A stretch of 64,000 nt of DNA, taken from the NCBI GenBank assembly GCA_963821385.1, contig CAWGDK010000008.1:155909-219908 (forward strand). Direction: 5' to 3'. Position numbers and translations under genes: made by a program. The notes under the pieces were generated by a model, which did not search any database, was not told the DNA's origin, and was given only the letters and a program-made list of their open reading frames with translations. How positions within the stretch are numbered: position 1 is the stretch's first letter; each line of letters starts with the position of its first letter. This document shows positions 1-9,986 of this stretch, piece by piece. This stretch comes from an uncultured Gemmatimonadales bacterium. GTDB taxonomy: Bacteria; Gemmatimonadota; Gemmatimonadetes; Gemmatimonadales; GWC2-71-9.

Positions 1-2
1 TG

Positions 3-365
3 GGTGAGGCCGCGCGGTACGCCCTCGCCGTCGGTCCGGATGGGTTCGCGCGCGCCCGGCGCCTCGCCGGACGGCTGCGCGAGCGACTCGCCGCGCTCCC
101 CGGCGTGCGGGTGCTCGACCGCGGACGGGAACGCTGTGCGATTGTGACCATCGCGATGGAGGGACACGATGCGGGGGAGATGGAGATGACCCTGCGCGCC
201 CGCGGCGTCAATACCAGCTCGGCGCACCGCACGTCCGGTGTGATCGATATGGACGAGAAGCGCGTGACCTCGTCGCTGCGCCTCTCCCCCCACTACTACA
301 ACACGGAGGATGAGTTGGAGACCGTCGTGGCAGCACTGAAAGAGGAATTACACCGGAACAGCTGA
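3..365 (+). CDS. Class V aminotransferase / cysteine desulfurase-like PLP enzyme, C-terminal part (5' truncated by window edge)
   Basis: Frame is open from the window start; ...LRLSPHYYNTEDELETVVAALKE is the typical fold-type I class V C-terminus. Confidence 0.8.
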   Translation, partial: GEAARYALAVGPDGFARARRLAGRLRERLAALPGVRVLDRGRERCAIVTIAMEGHDAGEMEMTLRARGVNTSSAHRTSGVIDMDEKRVTSSLRLSPHYYNTEDELETVVAALKEELHRNS

Positions 366-384
366 TAGCTGATAGCCGATAGCT
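360..384. repeat. Heptamer tandem repeat (AGCTGAT/AGCCGAT) x3.5
   Basis: AGCTGAT AGCTGAT AGCCGAT AGCT read directly, between two convergent stop codons. Confidence 0.9.
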
Positions 385-391
385 TAAAGCT

Positions 392-1054
392 TCAGTTGAG
401 CGGCAACTCCACATGCAGATGATCGGCCGTGCCCACGTGCCGCAGCGTCCGAAATCCCATGACCCGAAAATAGATCTCGATGAACCGGTTCACGACTTCC
501 CCGCGACCGTTCGTCTGCAGATCGACCGCGTGCGCCCAGCCGTCGCGCTGACGATAGTGCAACGTGCGGTCGTTCACCGGGAGCCCCATGTGCGGGTAGT
601 CGATCGGCACGCGGGCCAGATCCGTGATGAGCACATCGTGGCGCGCGAGGATCAGGGTGGACAAGGCGAGGCGGAGCAACGGATGCGTGGCGTGGTACTC
701 TGCCCGCACCGCCCCGCCAGCCGCGTTCGCGCTCGAGAGGAAGCCCAGGGCGTGAATGCCGTACACCACCACGAGCGGCAGCGCCGCCCATTTCATCACG
801 CTTGTGAACCGGACTCGGCCCGTGATGCGGTGAGTCACCCAGGCGCCATAGGCCACCAGAAGCAGCAGCGTCGCCGACGCCGCCCCGACGACGGCCAGCC
901 ACGCGGGCCAGCCCCGCACTTCGTAGAAGTACACGGAGCCCCGGACCAGGACCACAAACGGCAGCACAGCCAGGATCCCCAACCCGAAGATCTGCAGCGC
1001 CGGCTTGCTCCACGGGAACTGACGGACCCGGTTGCACTGTTGGGCGAAATTCAC
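392..1054 (-). CDS. Membrane protein (about 3 TM helices) with a possible M15/LAS-like Zn-peptidase C-terminal domain
   Basis: 220-aa ORF with AGGA before the GTG; hydrophobic N-terminal half; motifs LITDLAR, TLHYRQRDGWAHAVDL, DHLHVEL. Confidence 0.6.
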   Translation of the reverse strand: MNFAQQCNRVRQFPWSKPALQIFGLGILAVLPFVVLVRGSVYFYEVRGWPAWLAVVGAASATLLLLVAYGAWVTHRITGRVRFTSVMKWAALPLVVVYGIHALGFLSSANAAGGAVRAEYHATHPLLRLALSTLILARHDVLITDLARVPIDYPHMGLPVNDRTLHYRQRDGWAHAVDLQTNGRGEVVNRFIEIYFRVMGFRTLRHVGTADHLHVELPLN

Positions 1055-1106
1055 GCCATTCCTACGGCCATTTCGGCGTCATTGTTTCCCAACGAATCTC
1101 CGGGTT

Positions 1107-1138
1107 GGCTGATAGCCGATAGCTGATCGCTGATAGCT
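1107..1138. repeat. Heptamer tandem repeat (AGCTGAT family) x4.5
   Basis: GGCTGAT AGCCGAT AGCTGAT CGCTGAT AGCT. Confidence 0.9.
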
Positions 1139-1142
1139 TCTT

Positions 1143-2345
1143 TCACGGCAGTACCGCAATTCCGCCCGCCTGCTTCCCGATCTCCACGCTTGCCACCTTC
1201 TGCAGCGTCTTGAGATCGATGATGTCGATCGTTCCCGGATCGCCGCCGACTCCTTCGAGGGTCACAAAGGCGAAGCGTGAATCCCGGCTCACGGCGACCC
1301 CGCTCGCGATTTTCCGCGTGCCCGAGATCTGCGCCATCAGGGTATCGTCGGCGAGGCGCCAGATGGTCACCGTCCCGGGACCTTTCTGCGTCGCCACCAG
1401 AAGTTTGCCATCCGGGGTCACGGCCAGGTTGTAGGGCGCGGGGGGCGTCTTCCACCGTTTGACTAGTCGCCAGGAGGTCACGTCGACTTCGACGATCTCG
1501 CCCGATTTGTTGCACGCTACATACACTCGTGAACCGTCCGCGGAGGGCTGCGCCCAGGTCGGCGAGCATACGCTCGACATCCCGCTTGAGGCCTCGGTCA
1601 AGGCCACCGCGTCCTCCGCGCCCGGCGCGACGTTGAAGAGCCGCCGCACGGTCATCGTCCGCGCGTCCACCTCGACCAGCCGGTCGTTCATCATGCAGCC
1701 CGAGTAATGCATCGTCCCCTGCGGATTGAGGCGCGAGCCGTGCGGCATGCGGCAGGTCTCGGGACGCGCGACCTCCGTCATCGAATCGCTCTCGACGATG
1801 GACAACGAAGACGGCTGCATCTCGGGATCTTCGAAGTTGAAGTTGATGACGTAGACGAACGACCCACTGGGCGACACATCGATCGTGGCGGGGAACATGC
1901 CCAGCTGGACGCGTCCGGTGCGCTGACCGGTGACCAGGTCGTACTTCTCGAGAAAACCGGTGGGACGGCCATGCGCGAGGCTGACGTAGAACGCCTTGCC
2001 GTCCGGCGCGGCGATCACGCCGTGCGGCCCTTCGATTTCGAGTGGCCACCGCCCCACGTCGTAGGTGCGCTCCACCCGGGCCCCGCACGCGGGCGGGACC
2101 TCGGCCGGCTGGCACGGCTTGTAGACGATCAAGGCCACCTGATCCGCCGACTCAGCGGTCGCGAGCAGACGATACGTCGTGGCCGGCATCGGGGCCGGAG
2201 CGACCGCGCCGGGTGGCTGGGGCGGCGGGACCACAACCCCTGAAGGTGGCGGCTGCTCGGGACGAACCGGGAGCTCCGGGGATGCCGGGCGATGATGGCA
2301 CGCCGCGACCACCATGATGGCCGCGCCAACATGGGCGGCTTTCAT
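1143..2345 (-). CDS. YncE/YVTN-type beta-propeller lipoprotein
   Basis: MKAAHVGAAIMVVAAC lipobox, Pro-rich linker, repeated blades (PHGVIAAPDGKAFYVS, PYNLAVTPDGKLLV); ATGA overlap with the upstream gene. Confidence 0.8.
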   Translation of the reverse strand: MKAAHVGAAIMVVAACHHRPASPELPVRPEQPPPSGVVVPPPQPPGAVAPAPMPATTYRLLATAESADQVALIVYKPCQPAEVPPACGARVERTYDVGRWPLEIEGPHGVIAAPDGKAFYVSLAHGRPTGFLEKYDLVTGQRTGRVQLGMFPATIDVSPSGSFVYVINFNFEDPEMQPSSLSIVESDSMTEVARPETCRMPHGSRLNPQGTMHYSGCMMNDRLVEVDARTMTVRRLFNVAPGAEDAVALTEASSGMSSVCSPTWAQPSADGSRVYVACNKSGEIVEVDVTSWRLVKRWKTPPAPYNLAVTPDGKLLVATQKGPGTVTIWRLADDTLMAQISGTRKIASGVAVSRDSRFAFVTLEGVGGDPGTIDIIDLKTLQKVASVEIGKQAGGIAVLP

Positions 2346-4333
2346 GGAATGGCCGGCGGCTGCCGCTCGGGCAGCTTGACGCTCCACAATCCGGAATTGT
2401 GATCCGCGATGAATACATGCCCCTTGAACGGCTGCGGCCCCCAGGCCATCGGGGCGTTGGCCAGTTTGCCTTGAGGATCGAAGGCCTGGAACCGAACCAG
2501 CTCCCGCCCTTGATCGTACAGGTTGCCCATCAGCTCCCCGGACACGTCAACGACCCGCATCCCGGCGTTGTAATAGGCGACGAACAGCGAGTCGTGCTGC
2601 AGCCAGATATTGTGCGTGCCGGCCTCGGGCACCTGATAGCGGGCAACTTCCTTGGGGTGCTCGACGTCGGTGAAGTCGATGATGTGCACGTAGCCCGCCG
2701 CTTCGTCCATCGCGGCGTCGTCGGAGTCGTCCCCATAGGGGAAAATCTCGTCGGTGACGAACACGTACCATTTCCCGCCGGCCGACTGCGAGAAATAGGG
2801 AAACGCTGAGTGCGTGGCCCCGATCGGATACTTGTACTGGCCGATCTTGACCGGATGGGACGGGCTGCCGCCCCACTTCCCGTTCCCCACGTCCACTAAC
2901 ACCACCCCGTCCTGCCAGTTCGAGGAATAGGCGATGCCGTCCACCACCCACACGTCGTGGATGCCATGTCCCGGAGTATCGAGCTCGAAAAACCCCACTC
3001 GCTTGGGATTGCGCGGATCCTCGATCGAGATGATGTCGAACCGGGTCCCGTTGTTGATCGCGAACACCAGGTGATTCCAGATGAACACGTTGTGCACGCC
3101 ACCGTAGAGACCATCGTCGAAACGGGACAGCACCTGGATATGACGCGGGTCGTGACAATCGAGGACCACAAACCCGTTCTTGCGATTCGAGGCCCCTTCC
3201 CGCGTGATCACGCACACCTCACGGTCTACGTCCACTTTGACGTCATTGACCGTGCGCGCATCCACCTGAATGCTGTCGGTCTTCACCGGAGTGGCCGGAT
3301 CGGTGACATCCCAGAAATACGCCACGCCGGAGGCACCCCAGGTGCCCGTCACCGCATAGTCCCGGCCGTCCTTCCCCGTCCACACCCAAAGATCCGAGGT
3401 GTGATAGTTCGCCACGCGTCCCTGCCCCGTCCCCTCGTGCGTGATGCGCTGGCTGGTCCACCGGTGGCCGATGCCGATGATCTTGGTGGCCACCAGATTG
3501 CCCGTGGTCGCCACGACCGTGTAGTCACCGGCGCGCTGGGCAACGAAGCGGCCGTCCGCGTCGATCTCGGCTGGTGCCGATGGAGCGATCACCGTGTCTT
3601 CCACTACTGCCTTCACGGCGTACAGCACCGGCAACCCGGGAACCGGGCGCCCCGCCCCATCCTTCGCCACCGCCGTGAACCGCACGACATCCCCGGTCCG
3701 GCCCGCCTCGGCGGAGCTGGTCAGGGTGAGCGCGCGGGCGGGATTGGCGATGACCTGGACTCGCCGTCGCTCCGTGATCACGCCCGCCGAGACGCGAATC
3801 GTGGCCGCGCCCACCCGGTGGGCGGTGACGTTGCCGAACTGATCCACGCTCGCGATCGTGGCGTTGTCGGACGCCCACGCGACGGGGATGTCCCGTTCCA
3901 CGCCCGCCGAGTCGATGACGGTGGCGCGCGACCGTTGGGTGGTCCCGGCGAACATCCGGGGGCTGCCCTCCACCATGACCTGGGCCAATCCCGGCCAGCG
4001 GACCGTCACCATCGCCGTGCCACGGATCTCGAACCCGGCGGCCTGATTGATGGCGACGATGCGTACCGCGTCGTTGCCGGCCCGGAAGGCGGTGACGTGC
4101 CCCAGGGAGTCGACGCCGGCGCGGCGGCGATTCATCGAGAAAAACGTCAGCGGCACCTCGAGGCGCTGGCCGGCGGAATCGTAGGCCACCGCAACGACTG
4201 AGCTGGTGTCGTGGACGCTCAAGGAGAGCGTCGCCGGCGTCACCACGATGCGGGCAATCCTGGGCCCCGGGGGAGCGGCGACCGGCTGTTGGGCAACCAA
4301 CGCCGGTGCGAGCAGCAGACAGGCGACAATCAT
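2342..4333 (-). CDS. Secreted protein with Ig-like (Big_2) domains and LVIVD-repeat beta-propeller
   Basis: Signal peptide; WASDNATIASVDQFGNVTA Big_2 motif; repeated LVDV/IIDFTD..P blades with HDVWV, HNVFI and HNIWL. Confidence 0.8.
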   Translation of the reverse strand: MIVACLLLAPALVAQQPVAAPPGPRIARIVVTPATLSLSVHDTSSVVAVAYDSAGQRLEVPLTFFSMNRRRAGVDSLGHVTAFRAGNDAVRIVAINQAAGFEIRGTAMVTVRWPGLAQVMVEGSPRMFAGTTQRSRATVIDSAGVERDIPVAWASDNATIASVDQFGNVTAHRVGAATIRVSAGVITERRRVQVIANPARALTLTSSAEAGRTGDVVRFTAVAKDGAGRPVPGLPVLYAVKAVVEDTVIAPSAPAEIDADGRFVAQRAGDYTVVATTGNLVATKIIGIGHRWTSQRITHEGTGQGRVANYHTSDLWVWTGKDGRDYAVTGTWGASGVAYFWDVTDPATPVKTDSIQVDARTVNDVKVDVDREVCVITREGASNRKNGFVVLDCHDPRHIQVLSRFDDGLYGGVHNVFIWNHLVFAINNGTRFDIISIEDPRNPKRVGFFELDTPGHGIHDVWVVDGIAYSSNWQDGVVLVDVGNGKWGGSPSHPVKIGQYKYPIGATHSAFPYFSQSAGGKWYVFVTDEIFPYGDDSDDAAMDEAAGYVHIIDFTDVEHPKEVARYQVPEAGTHNIWLQHDSLFVAYYNAGMRVVDVSGELMGNLYDQGRELVRFQAFDPQGKLANAPMAWGPQPFKGHVFIADHNSGLWSVKLPERQPPAIP

Positions 4334-4400
4334 GGTTGAATCCTCTGAAGGAAACGGAGAGAACTAGAGGAAGATGCCCTCGACGCCCGAGGCCAGCAAC

Positions 4401-5195
4401 TCAAGCGTTGCGCTTGGGGACGCCAATCAAGTAGGTCACGGATGTCATGAACGGTGTGGAGCGGATCCGTCCGGCCACCCATTCGGTACCCTGGTCGTCG
4501 CTGCTGCGCGCCAGCACCAGCAGCTCGGCGACAGTGTAGCTGCGGAGACAGGAGACCGTGCCGTCGAACCACACCGCCAGGGGAACGAGCGGCAAGACAT
4601 AGGTCAACAACAAGCGGCTCCACCGGAACGGCCGAATGAACGGGGTCGCGAGCAGCACAAACAGCGGCAGAAACAGCATCCCGAGCAGCGCGAGAAGGGA
4701 TCGCTCGGTGATTTCGAACACGCCGATCCCGGCACGGCGCCGCGCGGCATCCGCGAAAATTGCCTGCGCTTCGGCCGGTGGGAAATGATGCAACCCGGTG
4801 AACATGGTGCGAAACCCGGCGAGCCGATCGGGCACGGCGGTGGCGGACACCGGCTCGGCCTCGCCATCGATCGCCCCCGCCGTTTTCTGCTGCAACCGCG
4901 CGATGGCGGCCCGGTTGGGATAGGCGTCGGTCAGGGTGACCCGCACGGTTGGGCCACCGGCGGCAGGGATGCGGCGCAGCAGATCGAGCCAGGGCCCGCC
5001 ACCGCCGGAACACAGATCGACAATGCGGGATTCGCCGAGTCGCGTGAGGGCGCGGGCCACGAGGGGCGCCGCGACCGTGTAGGGCGCAAACCGCTCCATG
5101 GTAAAACGCAGGAAATCGGTCATGGCGTCCCGCAACACCACCGGACACCATGCCAGGTCTTCGATTTCGACGAGCTGCAGTCGCGGAAGAATCAG
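4401..5195 (-). CDS. Class I SAM-dependent methyltransferase-like protein (start uncertain, possibly CTG)
   Basis: IVDLCSGGGGPW motif I and FTGLHHF; frame stays open and protein-like upstream of the tracked GTG (LILPRLQLVEIEDLAWCP) up to the previous gene's stop. Confidence 0.75.
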   Translation of the reverse strand: MILPRLQLVEIEDLAWCPVVLRDAMTDFLRFTMERFAPYTVAAPLVARALTRLGESRIVDLCSGGGGPWLDLLRRIPAAGGPTVRVTLTDAYPNRAAIARLQQKTAGAIDGEAEPVSATAVPDRLAGFRTMFTGLHHFPPAEAQAIFADAARRRAGIGVFEITERSLLALLGMLFLPLFVLLATPFIRPFRWSRLLLTYVLPLVPLAVWFDGTVSCLRSYTVAELLVLARSSDDQGTEWVAGRIRSTPFMTSVTYLIGVPKRNA

Positions 5196-5533
5196 CCGGC
5201 CGAGCGTCCGCCCAGGAATTTGCCGATCGCGCCGCCCACGAGCCCGGCCACGGCGGTGCTGCCCGTGCCGATCGCGACGGTCGACATCGGCACATCGCCG
5301 AGCAGGCTCGAGACCACCGTCCCGATCGCGCCACCGATCCCGCCCGCGACGGCTCCCCCGACGCTCGCCGACGGCAGGCTCGCCTTCGGCGCCCAGAGGC
5401 CGTTCAGAATTCCCGCCAGGCCGCCGATGCCGGTGCCCACGACGGGGAATAGACTCGCGACCTGCGGCACATAGTGACCGACCACCACCATGATGAGCTG
5501 CAACACCGTACCGACGATGGCGGACTTCATCAT
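5192..5533 (-). CDS. Small glycine-rich membrane protein
   Basis: MMKSAIVGTVLQLIMVVVGHY..., four hydrophobic GxxxG-rich segments; alternative start at 5560. Confidence 0.65.
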   Translation of the reverse strand: MMKSAIVGTVLQLIMVVVGHYVPQVASLFPVVGTGIGGLAGILNGLWAPKASLPSASVGGAVAGGIGGAIGTVVSSLLGDVPMSTVAIGTGSTAVAGLVGGAIGKFLGGRSAG

Positions 5534-5592
5534 CGGGTTCGCTGCGGCGGACTCAGGCATCGATGCTCCGATTGTGAGAAGCGGTCACGATA

Positions 5593-6642
5593 TCAGGGAA
5601 CCAACCGTCGCGCGAGGATCGAGTCCCAGGTCGCGAGGGCGAGCTTCGGTCCCAGCGCCGAGTCGACGACGCCCAGGTGGGCAAAGAGTGGCAGAATCGA
5701 GCCGGGCGGCAGCGTGACGCCAGAGAGATCGAGATCGGTAAACGTGAGCTGAAACAGCCCGATCGCTCGCGCGGAATCGAGCAGGCGCGCCTGGTGGTCG
5801 AGGTAGCGTGCCTGGAGCGCCGGGGACGACACGAAGGCGCCCAGCGAGATCGAGGTCCACCCGCCCTCCACCACGAGCGGCGGGAGCCCCGTACCGGCCG
5901 CCACGCGGGCGTAGTAATCCAGCGGCAGACTCTCGGGCACGGCGAATCCGCCGAGATACGGGTAGGACGAAAGGCCGAGCGCGTCGACGAACGGGAAATC
6001 GGCGAGGTCCTGCGCGATGCCGACGTACCCGCCGCCCTGCAACCGCCCCCAGGCGGTCTCGACCTGCACGCTCACATACAGGGGCGGCGTCGGGCCGTGC
6101 GCGCGCACCGCCGCGGCAGCGGCATTCGTCATCGCGACCACGGCTTGGTACACCGAGTCCGGCGCGGCAAGACGAATCAGGTTCGTTTCCGCGGCGAGGC
6201 CCAGGTAGTCCGGGGCTAGGATCGTGTCCAGGGCCATCACATAGTCGCGATACATCCGTTGGATCGCGGTGTCGGTGATGCTGCGGCCGGCGGAGTCGAG
6301 CGTAGGATCTTCGGCCGCGCGGTCCAACCCGTTGGTCACGTCCACCGTCACGACGAGCGACAGGTGCTTGGCCCGATAATAGTTGGCGAGTCCCAGCTCG
6401 TTGCCGTTCACTTCCTGCGGCGCCGGGATGCCGCCGAGCAGCGCGGCCCACGGCACCGAGATGTGCATGATGGCGGCGTCGGCGTGAGAGGAAGTCCAGA
6501 GGTTCAGCGACTGCAGCAATACCGTTTGGTCGGCGCGCGGCGGGATCGCGGAAAACCCCATGCGAAACGTGCGCGGCGGCCCGCTGGGGCCCGTAGACCC
6601 GCCGCAGGCCAGCGCAGCGAGCACGAGGCCGCGCCACTTCAC
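5593..6642 (-). CDS. Lipoprotein, putative glycoside hydrolase-like TIM barrel
   Basis: VKWRGLVLAALAC lipobox; LGLAAETN, LGLSSYPY and PLVVEGGW resemble GH-A clan catalytic motifs; GTGA overlap. Confidence 0.6.
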   Translation of the reverse strand: MKWRGLVLAALACGGSTGPSGPPRTFRMGFSAIPPRADQTVLLQSLNLWTSSHADAAIMHISVPWAALLGGIPAPQEVNGNELGLANYYRAKHLSLVVTVDVTNGLDRAAEDPTLDSAGRSITDTAIQRMYRDYVMALDTILAPDYLGLAAETNLIRLAAPDSVYQAVVAMTNAAAAAVRAHGPTPPLYVSVQVETAWGRLQGGGYVGIAQDLADFPFVDALGLSSYPYLGGFAVPESLPLDYYARVAAGTGLPPLVVEGGWTSISLGAFVSSPALQARYLDHQARLLDSARAIGLFQLTFTDLDLSGVTLPPGSILPLFAHLGVVDSALGPKLALATWDSILARRLVP

Positions 6643-7106
6643 AGCCATCGCCGCACTTGGTTTCGGTACTCGTTGTACGCGGCCCCGTACTTGGCTTCGA
6701 GATAGCGCTCCTCGCCCGCAATCACGATGCGATCGAGCACGAGAAACAGGAATGGCAACAGGATCAGCATCCAGCCGTTGTCGAGCAGAAAGCCGCCTCC
6801 CGCCTGGGCGAGCACGAGCCCCAGGTACATGGGATTGCGGGTCCACCGGAACGGCCCGGCGGTCACGAAGGCCGAGGTATCGCCGGTTGGGTTCGGTGTC
6901 GTCCCCGCTCGCCAGAATACTCCCACGGCGAAGACCGCCAGCAGGAGCCAGGCGAACACCAAGACGCCGCCGATCCATCGTCCCAATGGGGGCCCAATCA
7001 GGTGAACCGGCCACAGCCACTGCAACCCCACAGCCGCCAGAACGGAGACCGCGAGCACCGCGGGAGGGAACATTCGCGAGCGGGGATCCGGGACCGGCGC
7101 GCTCAT
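6639..7106 (-). CDS. Isoprenylcysteine carboxyl methyltransferase (PEMT/ICMT) family protein
   Basis: GPFRWTRNPMYLG and EERYLEAKYGAAYNEYRNQVRRWL signatures. Confidence 0.9.
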   Translation of the reverse strand: MSAPVPDPRSRMFPPAVLAVSVLAAVGLQWLWPVHLIGPPLGRWIGGVLVFAWLLLAVFAVGVFWRAGTTPNPTGDTSAFVTAGPFRWTRNPMYLGLVLAQAGGGFLLDNGWMLILLPFLFLVLDRIVIAGEERYLEAKYGAAYNEYRNQVRRWL

Positions 7107-7576
7107 GGTGTCCCGATCTCATCGAGGACGAGCAGCGGCAACCGGCGATCCCCCGCGCCCGGTACCGGTGCCGCAATCTCCCCTACGCGTCGGCCACCGA
7201 GGCGGCAATAGAACGGTTCCGCGTTGGGGTCGGCTTCGATGTCCAGCCCCACGGCCCCAGCCGCCCGGGCTCGCGCCAGCGCATGCGCGACCAGTAGCCG
7301 GCCCTGTCCCTGCCTCATGTGGGACGGGTCCACCCACAAATGATCGAGCCTCCACCGCGGCGCTCCGGGGAGCACGGCGTAGAATCCCACGACGGCGCCG
7401 GCGATCTCGATGACGAACATGTCACCGGCCTCCACCTGGTGTGGACTGAACGTCAGATCCGCACGCCAGGCCTCGAGCCAGGGTTCCGGATACCCCCAAT
7501 GTCGCTTGGCGGCCTGCGCGATCGCGCTGAGATGCTCTGCGTCCGCCGGAACAGCCCGCCGGATCGATTGCATCAC
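7103..7576 (-). CDS. GNAT family N-acetyltransferase
   Basis: LWVDPSHMRQGQGRLL acetyl-CoA motif; ADPNAEPFY. Confidence 0.9.
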   Translation of the reverse strand: MMQSIRRAVPADAEHLSAIAQAAKRHWGYPEPWLEAWRADLTFSPHQVEAGDMFVIEIAGAVVGFYAVLPGAPRWRLDHLWVDPSHMRQGQGRLLVAHALARARAAGAVGLDIEADPNAEPFYCRLGGRRVGEIAAPVPGAGDRRLPLLVLDEIGTP

Positions 7577-8340
7577 ACCGCCTCGAACACGAGGCTACAA
7601 CAGGTGACCGCGCCCTCGGCCTTTTGCAGCTCCGACACATCGAGCGGGTGCACAGAGACACCGTGTCCCTCGAGCCGTCGCCCCGTGGCGGGGAAACTGG
7701 TCGGATAGATTACGCGCGTCCCCACCAGCAAGCCGTTCGCCGCATAGGGCTCCGTCGGATCCACCTCGAGCACCGCAAGGCCCGAGAACCGCGCCACGTC
7801 GATCCAGTCCCGGTTCGCCAGCACCGTTCCCGGCGCCACGAGCGTCACCGCCGACTTGAGATGGAGACACCCCTGCACCGGCACCGCCGTGACGTGGTAT
7901 CCGAGCGGCGCCAGGGCCGCGGCCAGCTGGTCGACTCCAGCCTGGTTGGTTCGCTTGGTCAATCCCACATACAGCGTGCGGTCCACCTGAAGGACGTCGC
8001 CACCGTCGAGCGTGCCCGGTGCCTCGATAGCCTTGAGCGGACGGTGCGGGGCCAGCGATGCGGCGATGCCGGCGGACTCGGCCCGCCGCGACGGCGCCCC
8101 CGGACGCGTGAGAATGGCCACCTCGTCCACGACCACCGCGATGTCCTCGACGAATACCGAATCGGCGAGGGTGGCGTCCGCCGGCAGCGCGCGCACATCG
8201 CACCCCAGATCGCGCAGTGCGGCCTCGTACGCCGCGTGCTGCGAGCGGGCTCGCTCGAAATCGATGGGCCGGCGCTCGAGATGCGTCAGCTCGCACTGGG
8301 TGATGGCGGGACTCACGCCCCGCGTGATGGCGATGCGCAC
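7573..8340 (-). CDS. Dimethylarginine dimethylaminohydrolase (dimethylargininase)
   Basis: DSVFVED, GAPSRRAE, LDGGDVL, LHLKSAVT and C-terminal GAVTCCS (amidinotransferase fold). Confidence 0.9.
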   Translation of the reverse strand: MRIAITRGVSPAITQCELTHLERRPIDFERARSQHAAYEAALRDLGCDVRALPADATLADSVFVEDIAVVVDEVAILTRPGAPSRRAESAGIAASLAPHRPLKAIEAPGTLDGGDVLQVDRTLYVGLTKRTNQAGVDQLAAALAPLGYHVTAVPVQGCLHLKSAVTLVAPGTVLANRDWIDVARFSGLAVLEVDPTEPYAANGLLVGTRVIYPTSFPATGRRLEGHGVSVHPLDVSELQKAEGAVTCCSLVFEAV

Positions 8341-8341
8341 G

Positions 8342-9394
8342 CTACAGGATCACCGCCGCTAACGCCGGCGGCAACCCCTCCAGGCCATCGGCCATGGCGA
8401 ATGGGGCAGAGTTGAAGGTGTTCCAGAACAGGATGGTTTCGTCGGGGTGCGCCGCTCGACAGGCATCGAGACATGCAGCGAGTGCCTTGCCGGTGTACGT
8501 GGTCTCGAGCCGAACGTGCGGCGCGGCCCAGACAATCGCGGTTTCCGCGGCCGGGGTCGGCGCGCCGTATTGCGCGCCGGCATAGGCACCGAACATATCT
8601 GCGTCCCGCCAACCGAACCGGAGCCGCTCGGTTGCGCGGTCGAAACCGGCCATCAGGTGGGCGACGCGACGGACTTCCCACATGAGCAATGTCTTGGTGG
8701 TGAGTGGTCGTTCCGCAATGCGGATCGCGGCAACGCGCGACCGCAACCCCGCCAGCCGGCAGCCCACGATCAGGCCCGCCGCGGTGCCGCAGGAGCCCGC
8801 GGCCACGACGATACGGTCCGGTTCGGGGAGCTGGCCCGCGCGGATCTGAGCGGCCAGCTCGAACGCGGCCGCGACATAGCCCAACGACCCCAGCGCATTC
8901 GTCGCGCCGATGGGCAGGGCGAAGGGCGCCGCGCCGGATCGCCGCAGCCGGCGCTCGATGCGCGCGGCGGTCCACACGGCCCCGATCGTCGTCGTGGAGT
9001 ATTCGATGCGGGCGCCCGCGGCCACCATGCCACGGAGGTTGCGCCGCACGTCATCCGTCACGGGCTGCCACGACAGCGACAACACCACGGCGAATCCCTG
9101 CGCCCGTCCGTGCAGCACCGCGGCCACGCCCTGATTCGAGCCGATCCCGCCGACGGTCACGAGGGTCTGCGCCCCGCGCCGCTGTGCATCGGCGAGCAAG
9201 TACTCGTATTTGCGAACTTTATTCCCGCCGTACAGCGGAGAGGTCAGGTCGTCGCGTTTGACGAACAGGCGACCGCGGCAGCCGTCCGGGAGCCTCCACT
9301 CTTCCACCGGCGTGGGCAGGGTGGCCAGGGAGATCCACGGCACGCGTCCGGCACTCGCCGGGACCGCCTCAAACAGCGGATTGGGGTTCGTCAT
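8342..9394 (-). CDS. D-cysteine desulfhydrase / ACC deaminase family PLP enzyme
   Basis: LFVKRDDLT..YGGNKVRK, GGIGSN, AAGSCGTAAG, LETTYTGKA. Confidence 0.88.
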   Translation of the reverse strand: MTNPNPLFEAVPASAGRVPWISLATLPTPVEEWRLPDGCRGRLFVKRDDLTSPLYGGNKVRKYEYLLADAQRRGAQTLVTVGGIGSNQGVAAVLHGRAQGFAVVLSLSWQPVTDDVRRNLRGMVAAGARIEYSTTTIGAVWTAARIERRLRRSGAAPFALPIGATNALGSLGYVAAAFELAAQIRAGQLPEPDRIVVAAGSCGTAAGLIVGCRLAGLRSRVAAIRIAERPLTTKTLLMWEVRRVAHLMAGFDRATERLRFGWRDADMFGAYAGAQYGAPTPAAETAIVWAAPHVRLETTYTGKALAACLDACRAAHPDETILFWNTFNSAPFAMADGLEGLPPALAAVIL

Positions 9395-9430
9395 TGTCGC
9401 CGGCCTGCTCGGCCTGGTGTGCGGCGAGCG

Positions 9431-9979
9431 TCACGACCCGAGGTATTTCGCTTTCAGAATTCCGACGTGATGGCGCTCGTGCCCGGCGATGACGTAGGCG
9501 AGGGCTCGAGGCGTAAAGGGGTTGCCGCTCGCGGTCCCACGCCGCGCGAGGGCTTCGGGCCCGAGATGGCGGAACAGATGCAGCGTCGCCTGCCGGATCG
9601 CCGCCAGCTCCTCCCCCAGATCGGCCAGCGTGCGGCGGTCGAAGTTTCCGGCCGGCACGTAGTCGTTTTGCTCGAACCCCGGCAGCGGGGTCGCGTCGGC
9701 GCGCGCGATGCGCAGCGCCCGATACCCCATGATGCGCTCGGTGTCGCAGATATGGCCGAGCACTTCCTTGATGCTCCACTTGTCGGGGGCGTACCGATAC
9801 GTCCCGCGCGCCTCGGGAATGTCACGGATGAGCTTCAGCGTATCGCCGACCTGGGTGGCCAGCATCGCGAGCAGATCGCCGTCGGGGACTTTCCCGATGT
9901 AATTGCCGTAGTAGGTCGCGTACTCGTCCGCTTGGGGACGGGAAATCACTGTGGCCGTCATGCGCGTCTCCTTCTCCAT
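9431..9979 (-). CDS. DinB/YfiT family protein
   Basis: YAPDKWSIKEVLGHICDTERI and AGHERHH metal-binding His. Confidence 0.9.
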   Translation of the reverse strand: MEKETRMTATVISRPQADEYATYYGNYIGKVPDGDLLAMLATQVGDTLKLIRDIPEARGTYRYAPDKWSIKEVLGHICDTERIMGYRALRIARADATPLPGFEQNDYVPAGNFDRRTLADLGEELAAIRQATLHLFRHLGPEALARRGTASGNPFTPRALAYVIAGHERHHVGILKAKYLGS

Positions 9980-9986
9980 CGCAGGA

